From a virus (Duplodnaviria; Heunggongvirae; Uroviricota; Caudoviricetes), in the IMG/VR virus record IMGVR_UViG_3300044715_000866: a stretch of DNA of 64,000 nt; one strand, written 5' to 3'. The notes under the pieces are model-generated. The model was not told where the DNA came from, made no database searches, and was given only the letters and a program-made list of their open reading frames with translations. Below are positions 62,596 through 64,000 of the stretch, in pieces. How positions within the stretch are numbered: the first letter of the stretch is position 1; the number at the start of each line of letters is the position of its first letter. The position numbers and the translations under genes were made by a program.

Positions 62596-64000
62596 CTATA
62601 CTGAATGTTTCCATGGATTACGTGTATTCCACACAACTGCACCTGCACTGTTTTTAATATCAGCACCACCATAGCCATAATAGCCAGCATTAAATACAAT
62701 TTTAACAATTATATTAAGTGTTGTTGGAATTGGGATGGCGCTATTCCAATTGCCGCTAGTTGGAATGTGTGTCCATGACACTCCGTTATTATCAGTCAAA
62801 ACAATACTACCAGCTTGATGATCAACAATAACTGCGCGTAATACCATACCAGTTGTTACTAATATGTTCAAATCTTCCCAGTACAATGCCGGAATCCACG
62901 GCTGTGTTGACCAGTCTGCCTTTGGATATACCCAATACGATGTATAACCATCAGTCGCTCTATCTGATATATACGAACCTAAATTATACGCCGCTGGCGG
63001 TATCGACGGTACTGCTGGTGTTGTTGGATATGTTGCTTTTCCAGTTGGTATTACTGCTGTATTAGTTGGTACAGATGGCCCCCACGAAATTCGTACTTTA
63101 GCAGGTTGTCCCGCCGTTCCAGAACCAAGTGTTGGTTTTATATAAGAACCGGGTGATCTAGTTGTCCAAAGATAATTGGCATCTGAAGCTATCTCATCAA
63201 CCCTACGACGTAACGTTACAGCTATACCAACAGTCTTACACACATTTGCTGTATTTTTAAACCATTTATAGGAAAGTGTAATTCTATTATTCCATTCAGC
63301 TGCTAGCGTAATGTTATAAGTTGTTACTTTCTTTGTTCCATCCCACGGTGTTGTAGTATCACCTACTGATACAAAACCGTAACCGTCTGTCCATATGTCT
63401 AAAATATAGTCTCCTTGCGGTATAGGCTGTCCTGCCGTTACCGCAGGACCATTCTGAACTTGCGGTTTTGTTTTGCTACTTACTACATTAGGCCATGATA
63501 CAAAGAATGCGTCAGTACGTGTCGTAGCATCTGGCGGAGCAATTGCATGATCTGTAAAGAATCTTGGTATACCATAAGTCTTACCTTTAATTATAATAGT
63601 CGTAGTATCGCTTGATCCTTCCTGCGGTGTTGCTGCAATTAACTGCACACCGGCGCCGCCTAATCCGCCGCCGTTTGGAATATATACAAAACAACTTTCT
63701 GGCGGAACATACGAGTTACCACCAGTGCCCCCATTTCGAGATACTGCATTAGGAGATTTATTATATGCTTGTTTATCAACTAAACCGCCTCCGCCGCCGC
63801 CGCCACCTGAACCAGGGCTAGCTTTAGCATTAGCAGACACGCCAGCAGAAACATAAGTTGCTGCATATTTACCTATAAGCTGAACACCAGTTGAACCAGG
63901 GGTGCCCGGTAACGTTCCATTCAATCTCCCTGCACCGCCACCACCTGCGCCGCCAACTGTTACCCATGGGGTGTTGGTTAGTGGTTTTTTATTAGTTCCT
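62596..64000 (-). CDS. Gly-rich structural-like protein, partial. The N-terminus lies beyond the window end.
   Basis: The minus-strand frame is open from 64000 down to the stop at 62596-62598. Poly-Gly runs (SGGGGGGGG) and Thr/Pro/Gly-rich segments are present. The track's start at 63924 is a TTG, and the frame continues upstream without a stop. Confidence 0.6.
   Translation of the reverse strand, partial: GTNKKPLTNTPWVTVGGAGGGGAGRLNGTLPGTPGSTGVQLIGKYAATYVSAGVSANAKASPGSGGGGGGGGLVDKQAYNKSPNAVSRNGGTGGNSYVPPESCFVYIPNGGGLGGAGVQLIAATPQEGSSDTTTIIIKGKTYGIPRFFTDHAIAPPDATTRTDAFFVSWPNVVSSKTKPQVQNGPAVTAGQPIPQGDYILDIWTDGYGFVSVGDTTTPWDGTKKVTTYNITLAAEWNNRITLSYKWFKNTANVCKTVGIAVTLRRRVDEIASDANYLWTTRSPGSYIKPTLGSGTAGQPAKVRISWGPSVPTNTAVIPTGKATYPTTPAVPSIPPAAYNLGSYISDRATDGYTSYWVYPKADWSTQPWIPALYWEDLNILVTTGMVLRAVIVDHQAGSIVLTDNNGVSWTHIPTSGNWNSAIPIPTTLNIIVKIVFNAGYYGYGGADIKNSAGAVVWNTRNPWKHSV

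Noticed and set aside
1-64000. tRNA / rRNA / tmRNA genes.
   Set aside because: Intergenic regions are only 20-140 nt. None shows a cloverleaf-compatible pattern by eye (GTTC-like T-loop, CCA-proximal acceptor stem). The only long non-coding stretch (57782-57917) is a promoter plus leader. This cannot be fully excluded without tRNAscan.
1-64000. Eukaryotic giant-virus (NCLDV) origin, suggested by the 3,835-aa ORF, ClpA/DnaJ and the MoxR-vWA pair.
   Set aside because: Shine-Dalgarno sequences, ATGA/TAATG coupling, sigma70 -35/-10 promoters, intrinsic terminators, lipoboxes, spanins, PhoH, a T4-type clamp loader and an S74 tail-fibre chaperone all indicate a tailed bacteriophage.

Overview
This window reads as a contiguous piece of a large tailed-phage genome, not a cellular chromosome and not a eukaryotic giant virus. 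It is AT-rich (roughly 36-38 % GC by eye) and densely packed with bacterial-style genes: Shine-Dalgarno sites, ATGA/TAATG start-stop overlaps, near-consensus sigma70 promoters (TTGACA-N16/17-TATAAT) and rho-independent terminators. There are T4-like hallmarks: a family-B DNA polymerase, an RFC-like clamp-loader subunit, a 5'-3' exonuclease (RNase H/FEN), PhoH, dCMP deaminase, a GroES-like co-chaperonin and TATAAATA late-promoter boxes. Gene order, however, is not T4-like.

The first 14.1 kb is a minus-strand virion module. It holds a truncated FN3-repeat protein, a small tail-fibre protein carrying a C-terminal S74 intramolecular-chaperone domain, and one 3,835-aa giant protein with a beta-helix segment and at least five internal repeat modules.

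The remaining ~50 kb is mostly plus-strand and falls into these groups:
- Early/middle genes: DNA polymerase B, clamp loader and RNase H.
- Chaperones: a ClpA-like double-AAA+ protein, a DnaJ-domain protein and a GroES-like protein.
- Lysis cassette: a GH19 endolysin, an embedded i-/o-spanin pair and several lipoproteins.
- Fusion and ATPase genes: an Rnl1-type RNA ligase fused to a HIGH-motif nucleotidyltransferase, and a MoxR AAA+ ATPase paired with an HExxH+vWA protein.
- PG-binding proteins: two peptidoglycan-binding-domain proteins with tandem peptide repeats.
- Many small unknown ORFs.

The most interesting part is a dispersed DNA-hypermodification gene set. Its members are FolE, two QueD-like T-fold proteins, an unusual QueE, a TGT-like DpdA, a Gpt-like phosphoribosyltransferase, a GT-B-like glycosyltransferase and a Seg-like GIY-YIG endonuclease wedged between folE and queE. 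No QueC is visible in the window. A NodU/CmcH-family carbamoyltransferase coupled to dCMP deaminase, and a ThyX-like gene with a degenerate RHR motif, sit nearby. Together these point to 7-deazaguanine modification of genomic DNA, and perhaps a pyrimidine modification as well, with non-canonical components.

No tRNA, rRNA or CRISPR array was recognised. Every call is from reading motifs by eye; no database search was possible.
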